Shown here: piece after piece, positions 53,350 to 64,000 of the stretch
Position numbering within the stretch: position 1 is the stretch's first letter
Layout: every line of letters begins with the position of its first letter
Assembly (NCBI GenBank): GCA_028534125.1
Contig: CM052817.1
Coordinates: 23,438,001 to 23,502,000 of the forward strand
DNA length: 64,000 nt
Direction of reading: 5' to 3'
DNA from: Lama glama
Taxonomy: Eukaryota
Made by a program: the position numbers and the translations under genes
Notes under the pieces: model-generated
The model's input: the letters and a program-made list of their open reading frames with translations, nothing else
Database searches by the model: none
Told to the model about the DNA's origin: nothing

Positions 53350-53470
53350 CATTCATTCATGAAATCTTTAAGTTTCTGTAATATGTCAGGAACTCTTCTA
53401 GTTCCTTGGGATACACCAGTGAACAAAACAGGTAAAATACATTTCCATGCGTCTTATATTTTGTTGGATG
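53350..53470 (-). mobile_element. L2 3' end
   Basis: 'attcattca...atgtcagg...gggatacaccagtgaacaaaacag'. Confidence 0.65.
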
Positions 53471-54629
53471 TGAGGCGGGAATGAGGCCAACTGCAGTCAA
53501 GTATTCATGCTATGTTATCCTGTCTCTGAATAAATGTTGGAAAGAATGTACTCCCCATCTAAAACTTAGCAGTTGTATTAAGAATACACACACACACACA
53601 CACATATATATTTTTTAAGCAGTAGAAATGTATTTATATCTTATTAAGATGCACTTAGAATCTCCTATCAAGACATATTTACAATCCCTGGTTTAACCCA
53701 CTGATTTTTGTTCTATTTGGGTCCTGCTGATGCAGGTGCCAGGGATAGAAAGAAAGTAACTTTTAAACATTATCATGGCTCAAATTAATTTTAATAGATA
53801 GCGCTAATAAATTTAGTTTATTCGAATACAGCATGACAGAGCATCTAAACAATTAATTCTTATGAAGACATAAAATCCTAGCTTTTGAAAATTTGGAGGA
53901 AATACATCAGTATAATAATGAAAAAATGAATACTGAGCTTCTTAAATACCAGGAAAACATCAAAACATATCTTGTTGATAAATTTGATGGAACTATTTTA
54001 TTTTAAATATTAAAAAAGTGATGAAATGTCATCCTGAGGCAGTTATCTGATGGGTCTTGCTGTTAGACATTCTGCAGACCTCATAAATCATGAGTCCAGT
54101 TTTAACTACACCTAAGTTCCTATAGATTTACCCATTTTTTCCATATATGCCATGAAAATTGCTGTGTGTTTGAAAAATTTACACCATTCAATAAGTGGAA
54201 ATATATTTTATGGAAGGAGGAGAAACTGATAGAAGATAGATTCATGAAAGACATGGGAATAGCACAAGGCATAAACAACCACAAGTGTCTAAGGCTTTTC
54301 TCTGAGCTCACACAAATTTGCAGTCCTTTGAAAATAATGCTTATTGTCTTGCGTGTTTAGCACTCATAGCTTTTAGCTGAAATGAAAAAATGAAAATGGA
54401 AAAAAAAAAACCCCTAGGATTCTCTTTTTGAGCATTTTTCCTGTAGAGATTCATTGTTTAAAACTGAGGAAAAAAATACATTTACACAATTTTAGTAACC
54501 AAAATTTAACATAAAAACATAGTTTGCAAATTACTAAATAGGTATCTGACTCTTTAAATAAATGATAAACTTTTATAGTGATTTTCTTTTCAATTCCACG
54601 AGGTTCGTTCTTTCTCTGTTTGCATTGCA

Positions 54630-54818
54630 CAGTTGACCCTTGAACAACACAGGTTTGAACTGAACAGGCTGAACTTGGTGCAGTTAATTTTCAGTAGTCA
54701 GAATTACAGCACTACATGGTCTGTAGTTGGTTGCATCCACAAATGCCGGGCAACAGTGGATACAGGCCAACTGTAAGTTATATTCTAATTCACTCCCTTG
54801 CTGTCCAAGGATTAACTG
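54630..54818 (+). mobile_element. Tigger2-family MITE
   Basis: TIRs cagttgacccttgaacaac / gctgtccaaggattaactg, followed by TA. The start matches Tigger2 'cagttgacccttgaacaacacgggtttgaactg'. Confidence 0.88.
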
Positions 54819-54918
54819 TATATTTAATGATTAGGTGTCAACCACTGTGAAAAATGCTGGAGAACAAAAGAGTGGGGCAGTCTTTGCAGTCTTTATGCTT
54901 TGGGAGTTTGGTCCAGTA

Positions 54919-55196
54919 CAATGGTTTTTAAACAGCGTACGTGTGTTGTGGGGGGAGAGACTTTTGATTTTCAGCCACCTCCCTACTCCCCACCCCTCAC
55001 CCTCCACCCAGGGGAATTTGGCAGTATCTGGGGATATTTCTTCTTATTGCAACTTGAGGGAAGAGAAGGTGCTACAATCAGGTAGTGAGTACATGCTAGG
55101 AGTGCTGTTAAACATCCCACAGTTCATAGAACAGGCTCCCACAACAAATAATGATCCAAACCAAAATGTCAACAGGGCTAAGGTTGGGAGACTCTG
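54919..55196 (+). mobile_element. MER20 hAT element
   Basis: 'ccaggggaatttggcagtatctggggatattt', 'gctgttaaacatcc' and 'ccaaaatgtcaacagggctaaggttgggagactctg' match MER20. Confidence 0.85.
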
Positions 55197-55319
55197 ACTG
55201 CAGAGCAATACGTGACTGAAAGTCAGAGTTAGGTCTAGGAATACGAACGAACCTTTGAGATGCTCTTTCCAAGGATATCACCTAAAACGCACCTAATTCT
55301 GACTAGTTATTGTGGGCTT

Positions 55320-55495
55320 AGATTAAGAATAAAAGATAGGGGGCATTGGATTAAGACACCTGGACTCAATTCTTCTATCATTCATTTCTTCTTCTGTAAA
55401 ATTGAGAACATAGAAAAAATATAGGATTTTTCTGAGTCTAATGGAGCTAAAGTGTATAGTATGCCTGCTATATGGAGACATTCAATAAATTTCAA
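55320..55495 (+). mobile_element. MIR fragment
   Basis: 'tctgtaaaattgag...tgcctgc...ttcaataaat'. Confidence 0.5.
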
Positions 55496-55539
55496 TTAAA
55501 TTACATTTTCATTTGTGTTCTGCCTAGAGCATAGCATGA

Positions 55540-56030
55540 GGTAAGCACTTGGTTACAGGATTGTAGGTGATAGATTGGTATACGGGGTAGGTGATCCCCA
55601 GAGGCAGAAAGGAGACGGCTTTAAGAGAGAGAGTCAAAGAAGGAGGATATGGCCATATGAGGATGTATTATTGAGTTTGTTGACATTACTGCCATGAGAT
55701 AGAGAGGTTATGCTGGTGGTATCTTCCGAAAGCCCACAGAATTCTTCCCAGAGCTGTATATATTGGGAACAAAAGGGCAAGGATATTTATATCCAGAATG
55801 TTATTCACCCTTCCTTGGAAATTTCCCTAAGGATGTTTGCTTGGCCATTCAGCCTTGCTTGCATAGCAGCTGAGGGCTGGATGAGCTCCCTGCTTTGGAG
55901 AAGCCCTAGGTTAAACAGCTGTACTGACTACACTGAACAAGGGATGTTGGCTTGGAGGGGTGAGGCTGAGCTCCCACTGAACCGCGTCTACAACAGAAAT
56001 CAGTTGCGACTTAAACTGTGGCAAGAGCAA
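55540..56030 (-). mobile_element. Possible old ERVL LTR (LTR16/LTR33-like)
   Basis: 'ggtgatcccc', 'gatgtattattgagt' and a GC-richer block. Family assignment tentative. Confidence 0.4.
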
Positions 56031-56039
56031 CAGAGATCT

Positions 56040-56295
56040 TTTTTTTTACCTCTTTTAAAAAAAATTATAGTGGTAAAATAATACATAAAGTAAATTTACA
56101 ATCTTAATTTTTTGTAGTTATTATAAAATATCAACTATATTCCCCATATTGTACAATATATCCTTGTAGCTTATTTTGTACATAACAGTTTGTACCTCTA
56201 ACTCCCCTACCCATATATTGCCTCTTCCCCTTCCTTTTCCCCACTGGTAATCACAGTGAGTTCTCTATATTTGTGAGTCTGCTTCTTTTTTGTGA
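56040..56295 (-). mobile_element. L1 3' end fragment
   Basis: Poly-T, then 'tatattcccc...gtacaatatatccttgtagcttatttt' and 'ccccactggtaa...tgagtctgcttc'. Confidence 0.8.
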
Positions 56296-59200
56296 GCACT
56301 AACTACACCTCCCATGGCAATTTATGATACAAACATCTTAAAACTGTAGTTCAAGACAAAGGCAGTCAGCACTTTGCAAACAAAGTGTGTGGAAACAGGA
56401 GACACCCAAAGAGAATTGTTTCCCACAGTGGCTACTCAACACAGTATTAATCCATTCTATTTTAACAATACAATAATGTCTCAGGGTGAGAATACAGTTG
56501 AATGTACCTGGTTTATATTCAATTATATCAGAGATTATTTGAAGAATTAGAAAAAATGTTAATCAATGAATTTTAAACACCTACTATACTTGATATTGGA
56601 TGGAAAATGTTGGAAATTTTGTTATTGATACAATCAATAAAGTTAGCAGTGAATCTTAAAACTTAAATTTATAGAGCTCTCTAAAATGTGACACACATGA
56701 AACAGCTTAAAATCAAAAGAAAAACAGTGATTTATAATAAGGATAAACGCTGAAATCCATTGGAATAAAACTAGGGAAAAAAAGACTCCCCGGGTTTTCT
56801 CTCCACCTCTCACCTTGTTCCTCACAGCATCATTATTCTCTGACTCTGAGGACAGAAATTCTCTGCCTTTGTATTGTGCATAGAAGATGAAAGGTGCTCA
56901 CCTCACAATATCTAGTTACAGCAACCTGAGGAGAGACCTAGACTTTCCCTCCGTATCAAAAATTCGAACACCTAGGGAAATAAATGATTTGGCCCACTCT
57001 GGGCTCATCAATTACGCAAGGCTCGGGGATGTGGCACATGGTGGGATACACTTCACATTGTGCAGAATGTAACCCAAGATTCTTTTTCTGTAATTTTGTG
57101 GATAAGGAAGAAGGAAGCAGAAAAGGCAATTCTCAGAATGCAGGGTTGGCCAAATCTAATTATTGTCTTTCACGTATTTCCACTGTTCCTTTTCATTTAC
57201 AATGATTTCTTTACAACTTGGACTATAGGAAGCAAAGCACACTCTTTTTCATGTTCCTGATACAGAGAGAGAGAAAGAAAGTGACTTAAGTCTCTGCTAT
57301 CCTAAGTGGTTTTCCCTGGGATGAAAGAGTTCAACTGTCATTCTAAGCGACACACAATTTCTTATGTCTTAGACACTCTGTCGATCAGGATGTGAGTTAT
57401 TAACAAGAACACCTGAAATGTAGAAAGCGTCTTTCAGTTTATAAAGATTGATTCTCGGACCGATATTATAATATCGGTCTTTGTTAGTTTTGGTCAGCCT
57501 GAATGGTCGGTCATCTATTTAAAAATCTGATAACGGCAAAAAAAAAAAAAAAACCACTATAAACACAAACACTACAAACATGATCATAGTCTATCTAGTC
57601 AGTCTTAGGCAAGGTCACCTGTTTTAGTGAGCACATATTTACATGTTTAACACAGTGGAAAGGCATTGCTAGGCACAGTACCTACAGCATCAAATATCTT
57701 CATCAAAATTTACTTTTGTATAAAATATTAACTACTGTTTTTCTACTTTTGTTATTAAGGACAAAGACATTCATATAGAAAATACTATCACATACTTTTG
57801 AAACAATTTCCAAATACGTAAAGTACGGAATACATGGTTCAGATCTTTACCATTTTCAAAATCTAAGAGTTGCATAATTTGTTTAGTAAATGACCCATGC
57901 AGTATAATAGATGCTTGTAAGATAAGCTTTGAATTGTATTATGATCTTTTGAGCTGAAATATACATTTATTATATATTTGGATAATTAATGATCCCTTGC
58001 ATACATAATGCTCAGTATTTGACTCCTTGGAATATATATAACTATATATATATATGTATATAAATGTCTATTCTCTCTTTTTTGCCTGCATTTAAGTGCA
58101 TTTCTTTACCCCTCCAGCCTAAATGAGAAATGTCTCTTTTAAGATGAGTGACAATTACTCTGAAAAATACAGACCTCACTAAAATTGTCCAGCTAGAGGC
58201 ATCAAAGGTGAAGGGGGCTTAGATAAGTGGGGGAGAAATGGCCTTACAGTGTACTTTTAATTTTATATCTCTGCTTCACGTTTTAATTTGCTCCCATGTG
58301 CTCATTGGTCCATTCAAAATCCTGATGATATGTTGATTATAGTCACTTAAGAATTAAGCACCTGTCTCATGGTTCAGTGACTTGGAAAAACCACCATGGG
58401 TCGGAAAAACACTCAAAGAAACAAGCAAAGGCCTCCTTCTTCCTTTCTTTCACATTACATGAAAAACCTTCAGAGAACAATAGCAGATCTGTATTCTTGA
58501 AATTATATAGAAAGTTTAAAAGGAAATAAACAAAACTACCTTCATAATGAATTCTGAACCACTAGCGGCACTGTAAAATCACATTACACAATACTCTTTT
58601 GCATACATTATGTAACATGATCAGTTGATGTAGAAAGAGGAGTCTCCTCCACTGAGGTAAATATAAGAATTGAGAAGAAACAGATGATGAGACACAAGAC
58701 TTTTATTAGCGTTTTATAGTGTAAATTGCTTGGATTTTGTAACAAGGCATTGGAAAATAGTATATGATAAAAAATCTCTTAGGGCTTTCAGTAAAATAGA
58801 ATTTTTCTGTGCTCGAATACAAATGTGGAACTTCTACTGACAGGGGAGGGGAAAAAGGCATCTGGGACTGAATTTCTCCCCATGGAAATAAAAGAACATT
58901 TGACTCCATAATGGAGTGGAATGGAATTTCAATAACAGATCCCTTTTAGTGACTCTACTGGAAGCATAAATTTATAAATTTTACATAACTAGGATACTGT
59001 TTTAATATGCTTGAGCTGTTCCCTTATGCTAACTTTACTGTCAATATTTTCCAGTTTCCTCTGCACCGATACCTTGCATTAAACCACCTTTTTCATTATC
59101 ATCAGAACTGGCATATGTTACCCAGTATTTTGAAAGTCTCTCGGGCTCAGAAGAGACTGAAAAGCTATCTGATTTCTGGAAATCCATGGAGATGCTTGAT

Positions 59201-60289
59201 ACCTTTCTGGCACACAACCAGAATAAACTGCTTACGTGGCCATCTCTCCCTGATGTAGTGCATCCCATGAAACTCACTGACATAATTCCATTATTGAGAT
59301 GATAGATATTCTTTTACTCAATTCAGAAAAGTCAAATTGGATTCAAGAGACTAGCGTGAAAGTTTTAAAGTCTCTTCTACTCATGAAATGAACCCAGAAC
59401 TTATTTCTAAAATACAAAATGAAAACACTCTAACCATACTGTTCTATTGACAGTATTCTATTCAAGTTATTTTGTCCACCATGCTACTAAATTCGATAAC
59501 CTGGTAGTATATCCATTTTGGCTATTATGAGGCAAACAACCAGACAGACATAGTTTATTTAAACCTAATCTTTTTATCAGACACAGTCCCTCACTCAATT
59601 TAATCTGTTAGTAGAATTCAGGATTACACAGTCTACCCCCTTACACCAAATATATACAGAAACCTCACACCCCATTTTACTGACAATTTACAAAATAGTG
59701 GCAAATGTGCATTAAAAGTTCTAGATCACAGGTGTTTGTGTGTTACAGTCCAAGATGTTTACTGGGAGGCTGCACACTCATCCAGTCCTAGTGCCATTGC
59801 CCATGGCACTGCCTTTTAACATTATCCTGGAGATGACTCTGTTTTTCACCAGTAAAGAAGCTGAAAAAATTATTTTTCCCGAAAAGTATTAAAGAATAGA
59901 TTTTTTTAAAGGCTGTAGTTTAGGCTACATCTTTTCTTGAATTATTTTTAAAACTTCCTTATTATTGAATCTGTATCTACTTATTGAATCTAAATCTGTA
60001 ATACATCCTCCACACCATAGCCAGAGAAGTCCAACCAACTTGTCTGGGCATGCTATTCACCTATTCAAAGTGCTTCAAAAGAATCTATCCTGTATATGAA
60101 TGTCTATTCTGATTGAGTCACAATAGAAATCTCTGTTATTTGCTTTTTAGTGTTGCTACCCCTGTCACTGGGATGCTCTTAGAGTCCATCTAGCCTACAT
60201 TCTTTGACAGATCATCCCAAATCTTATACTCCAAATTTGGTGAATATATGATTAGCTGGATTCCAATTCTATTAACATTAAAACAAAAC

Positions 60290-60430
60290 TAGAGAAACTT
60301 GCTTTTATTTATATAGCATTTTTGTCTATGTCCTATGTGCCCCCCAGTAGAATATAAATTCCCAGGTGGCACAAAACACATTGTATTAACATTTGGAGAA
60401 ATCATGTAACCTAGGATGATGCCTGGATCA
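60290..60430 (+). mobile_element. L2 3' end fragment
   Basis: 'ccccagtagaatataaattcc...gtaacctagga...gcctgg'. Confidence 0.5.
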
Positions 60431-60941
60431 AAATTTTAAAATTTCAAAATAAATTTAAAAATAGAATACATTTTTATTTTAAAAAATGATTTTATAGGTA
60501 TATCTACAAACATTTTTATAATTTCCAGATTTAAAGCCTCCTTCCAAAAAATAAGGATTGAATTCATTTAAAATTCTTCTATAGGAATTAAGAATCTTTC
60601 CAAATCAATGGTATTAAATATTTTTCTCCATTAATGTTTTGAAACAAAATGACATGACTGAACTTTTTGTCTGGTTTCCATGGGCAATCCCCACAGGAAT
60701 ATATTCATTGCATTAAAATGTTTTTTGCATTGTGTATTGTTTGTCTGCCTAACATTTTGTATAACTGTAAAGATTAAACAAATCTCACAATTATTTAATA
60801 TTTGAAAAGCCTCCATACTGGTAATTTTTCCTATAGTGTTAAATATTTATAACATGATAACATATTGAAATAGCAATCATTGTACTTTACTTTTTAACTC
60901 TTGTTTGTATATGATTCTTCTTGTTGTATCTTATTTCAACA

Positions 60942-61106
60942 GTAGCTGCATGCTAAACTCCGCAGGCAACTTTAAAAAAAAAAAAAAACACTGATTTTTA
61001 GGCTACATTCCAGAGAAATTAGATATGATTCATGAGTTGGTGCATGAATATTGGTAATTTTAAATTCCAGTTGATTCTAATGTATAGCCAGGTCTGAGAA
61101 TCACTA
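60942..61106. mobile_element. MER5-type hAT element
   Basis: 'ccagttgattctaatgtatagccaggtctgagaatcact' is a MER5 terminus. Confidence 0.75.
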
Positions 61107-61740
61107 TTTTAGTGGGAGAAGTATCCACATTTCTTCCGGAAATTTAGGCTTGTTATAAACGATCTGTACAAACACAACAAATAATAAAACCAAAATTTTG
61201 ATTTCTAAGAGCTGGTTGTGCTGAGAGTAGAAAGGTCTCGAAGTAATCAGAATGGAAGACTCTGAGGGAGTCAAGGCAACAGTTTTTTATTACAACAATC
61301 TGGAAGACTTAAGAGCAAAATCAGATTATTCAGCTCTGCAGGGATTCACAGGACTGAATAGTTGGAGAAGAGAAGGACATGATTTTGGAGCAGATCTGAG
61401 AAGCCTGAGACAAGGGGATCACACTCACTGATGGAGAGAGAGAACTGGCGCCTGGAAACTGCCCAAAACCATGCTTGACCAATACCTGGGACACCTATGA
61501 GAGTCAAAGCCTACAAAAAACATGACTTTAAATGAGCACCTTCTGTCAGCAGAGCTGGAGTGCTCTCCTAGCTGAGCACAACGTCTGGTTGGTCTTTGCT
61601 GAGAGGCCTCCACCTACAGCTACCAACATGCTGTCTATGGATGAACAAGAAGCAGTGGTGTCATTCCAGGAAATAAGACTTTGCCGCGGTCCTCTCACAG
61701 TATCCCAAGGTGAAGTGTTGATTTTCAAAGCTCTAAGGCA

Positions 61741-61904
61741 GAGGGGGAGGTTAAAGCTCAGTGGTAGAGTGCATGCTTAGTATGCATGAGGTCCTAAGTT
61801 CAATTTCCAGTACCTCCATTAAATAAGTAAATAAATAAATAACCTAATTATCTACCCCCAGAAAAATAAAAGTAAAAATAAATAAAATAAAATATGAAAT
61901 TTAA
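61741..61904 (+). mobile_element. Camelid tRNA-derived SINE (vic-1-like)
   Basis: gggggaggttaaagctcagtggtagagtgcatgcttagtatgcatgaggtcctaagttcaat (A/B boxes) with an A-rich tail. TSD aaagctctaaggca (61727-61740) / aaagccctagggca (61905-61918). Confidence 0.93.
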
Positions 61905-62248
61905 AAAGCCCTAGGGCATATATAATAGCCCCAAACAGAAAACAGCATAATTAATACTAGAGAGTTATTGCTCATTAGGAAAGGAATACGCAAGGCACCT
62001 GCCCTTGGGTGGTACGGGAGAGTGACAAATTCTTCCCAGTCACATAACCATTCATAAGTGATAGAATTTTACTGATCATGTGATTCCATCCTCCATCATG
62101 TAATATCATGGCAAGATTCCACCTATTTTTGAAAGATTTAAATAATCAAAGAGAGGACTGAGTCATTATTTGTACGTTAAAATGTTCAGAATGAAACATA
62201 ATGACAATTGATAGAATATTTTAAGAGTGGAGATATACGGATTCAGAG

Positions 62249-62871
62249 TGTATTCATTTCTTATTACTACAACAACAAAATAACAAATTACTACAAATTT
62301 ATTAGTGGCTTAAAACAACACAAATTTATTATCTTACAGTTCTGGAAATCAGAAGTGCAGCATTATCTCACTGGCTAAAATCTACATGTCAACACATTGC
62401 ATTCCTTTCTGTGGGCTCTAGGGGAAAATCCATTTCTCTGGGCATTCAGGGGTAGGCATGATTCAGTAAGCTCCATGCAATTGTCCTGGGGTCTCCATTT
62501 CCCTGCTCGCTGTAATCTGGGGCTGTCCTTTGCAACTAGAAGTGTCTTTCTCATCCCTGCACACGGCTCCCTACTTTTGAAAACTAGCAACAGGGTCTGA
62601 AATCCTTCACATGCTGCCATCTCCTTGTCTTCTTCTTCCATTGTTTTACCTCTCTTTGCTTTCTCTTCCACTTTTAAAGACCTATGTGACTACTGCACTG
62701 AACCCACATAGATAATCTAGGATACCCTCCATATTTGAAGGTCAACTAATTAAAACATTAATTCCGTTTGCAACTATAATTCTCTTTTGTCATGTGATGT
62801 TAACATTCACAGATTAAACCCAAGGAATGAGAACAAGCACATCTTTGGGGAGCCATCATTCTGCCTACCCA
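62249..62871 (-). mobile_element. MLT1D/E-type MaLR LTR
   Basis: 'agtggcttaaaacaacacaaatttattatcttacagttctgg', 'ggctctaggggaaaatcc' and 'catctttggggagccatcattctgcctac'. Confidence 0.9.
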
Positions 62872-63469
62872 TGAAGCTTTCCAACAAGATATCTGGGTCT
62901 TATTATCACCTTTCACAGAGACTGTGATTGGGAAAATTAAGCCAGTGACTACAAGGTAGGATAAACTCATGCTGGGAAATAGACTCAAACTTAGTGGCCT
63001 TTGAAATTTAATGATGTATACCCTCATGGAAGACTTCTATTGTCTTATTTAAACTTATTACCTCCTTTACTTATTGAAGGGACTGGCTTGATAGTGTGCA
63101 AAGTAGAAAATAATTTAATTCTTTCCCACTCCAGCTTTTAGAAGAGTTATGTTGAAAGTCTTCCCCCTGTGTCTGGATGATAAATTAAAGAAAACCATAG
63201 CTTTTAAAATTGTATTCAAGCATTAACAATTCTATTTGCAGGTATTATAATGCTTATTCCAAGCAAATTTTAAATTTGCAATCTCATTCTTGCCAAAATG
63301 TCTTTATCTTTAGAATGGGGACACATTTCTCACCTACTGTGATAAACTTTAAGGTTCAGTGTTCAGTTATGAACAATATGTAAGTAATATTCCATAACTG
63401 ATGTTAAAACATAGAACTTGTATAAGGTAGGTTGGATGTGCATAGCAAGGTAAATGCTAGAAGTCTATT

Positions 63470-63680
63470 TAGTTCCATAATCTGAGTCATCATCCTGGAA
63501 CTTTCTTCCTGGTTCTGTGTCCTGGGGCAAATCCCTGAATATTTCTGTGCCTCAGCCTTCTCAGCTGTAAAATAGGGTAATGATATAGCCCAAGTCATAA
63601 AGTTGAGTATTGTTGAAGTGATACATAACAAGGCATAGAAGCATGCTCCAGTGAAATATGTCCTAATCAGCTGTGAGAAT
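63470..63680 (+). mobile_element. MIR SINE
   Basis: 'ctgtgtcctggggcaaat...tctgtgcctcagccttctcagctgtaaaatagggtaat'. Confidence 0.75.
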
Positions 63681-64000
63681 TTTGTTTGTTTTAATTTCTT
63701 CATTTAAATTTTCAACATGCTTAAGTAGAGGTATAGAGATCTGGCATTAAGTTAGACACTAAGGAATAATGCCAGCCTGAACATATAAAACATAGCAGAG
63801 CTGCAATCTTTTACATCAGAACAATTTAAGACAATAGGAAGTAGGCATGTACATAGGAAAAATTTTGTTTTGAGTACTAAAAAAATTTTAAAGAATTATT
63901 CTTGTAGTAAATATTACCTGATTTCTTATCCATAATATTTAAAATTGCATGTAACTTGGTTACTCTAGTCATGCTACTTTTCATTCCAACCCTTAAAATA

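Noticed and set aside
54835..55197. 120-aa ORF
   Set aside because: Lies over a MER20 repeat, has a non-ATG start and shows no protein similarity.
55710..56081. 123-aa ORF
   Set aside because: Overlaps a probable LTR remnant and an L1 poly-T; not recognisable as a protein.
61741..61815. tRNA-like sequence with A and B boxes (also at 17360-17437 and 21155-21230)
   Set aside because: Has an A-rich tail and TSDs, so it is a SINE rather than a tRNA gene.
1..64000. CRISPR array, operon, prokaryotic defence system or other novel multi-gene system
   Set aside because: The sequence is mammalian non-coding DNA with no repeat-spacer array and no intact coding genes, so nothing supports such a system.

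Overview
AT-rich eutherian (mammalian) non-coding DNA, intergenic or deep intronic, with a 500-N assembly gap at 14015-14514. Three tRNA-derived SINEs of the camelid (vic-1-like) type, young cetartiodactyl-type L1 3' ends, and the absence of any Alu, B1, Bov-A/tA, PRE-1 or Can-SINE point to a camelid genome (camel, alpaca or llama). I recognise no protein-coding exon, RNA gene, CpG island or novel multi-gene system. The listed ORFs are chance frames, gap artefacts or transposon remnants. Much of the window is interspersed repeat: L1, L2, MIR, MaLR (MLT1) and ERVL (MLT2) LTRs, Tigger and hAT MITEs, and microsatellites. The most notable structures are: (i) a fossil ERVL pol segment (RNase H, integrase, dUTPase) split by nested LTR insertions at about 29.85-33.19 kb; (ii) a clean TG...CA solo LTR with a perfect 5-bp target-site duplication (TSD) at 6683-7064; (iii) three perfect 11-bp-arm inverted repeats, two of which look like template-switch products inside old repeats. 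All repeat family names come from my memory of consensus sequences, not from a search, and boundaries without TSDs are approximate.
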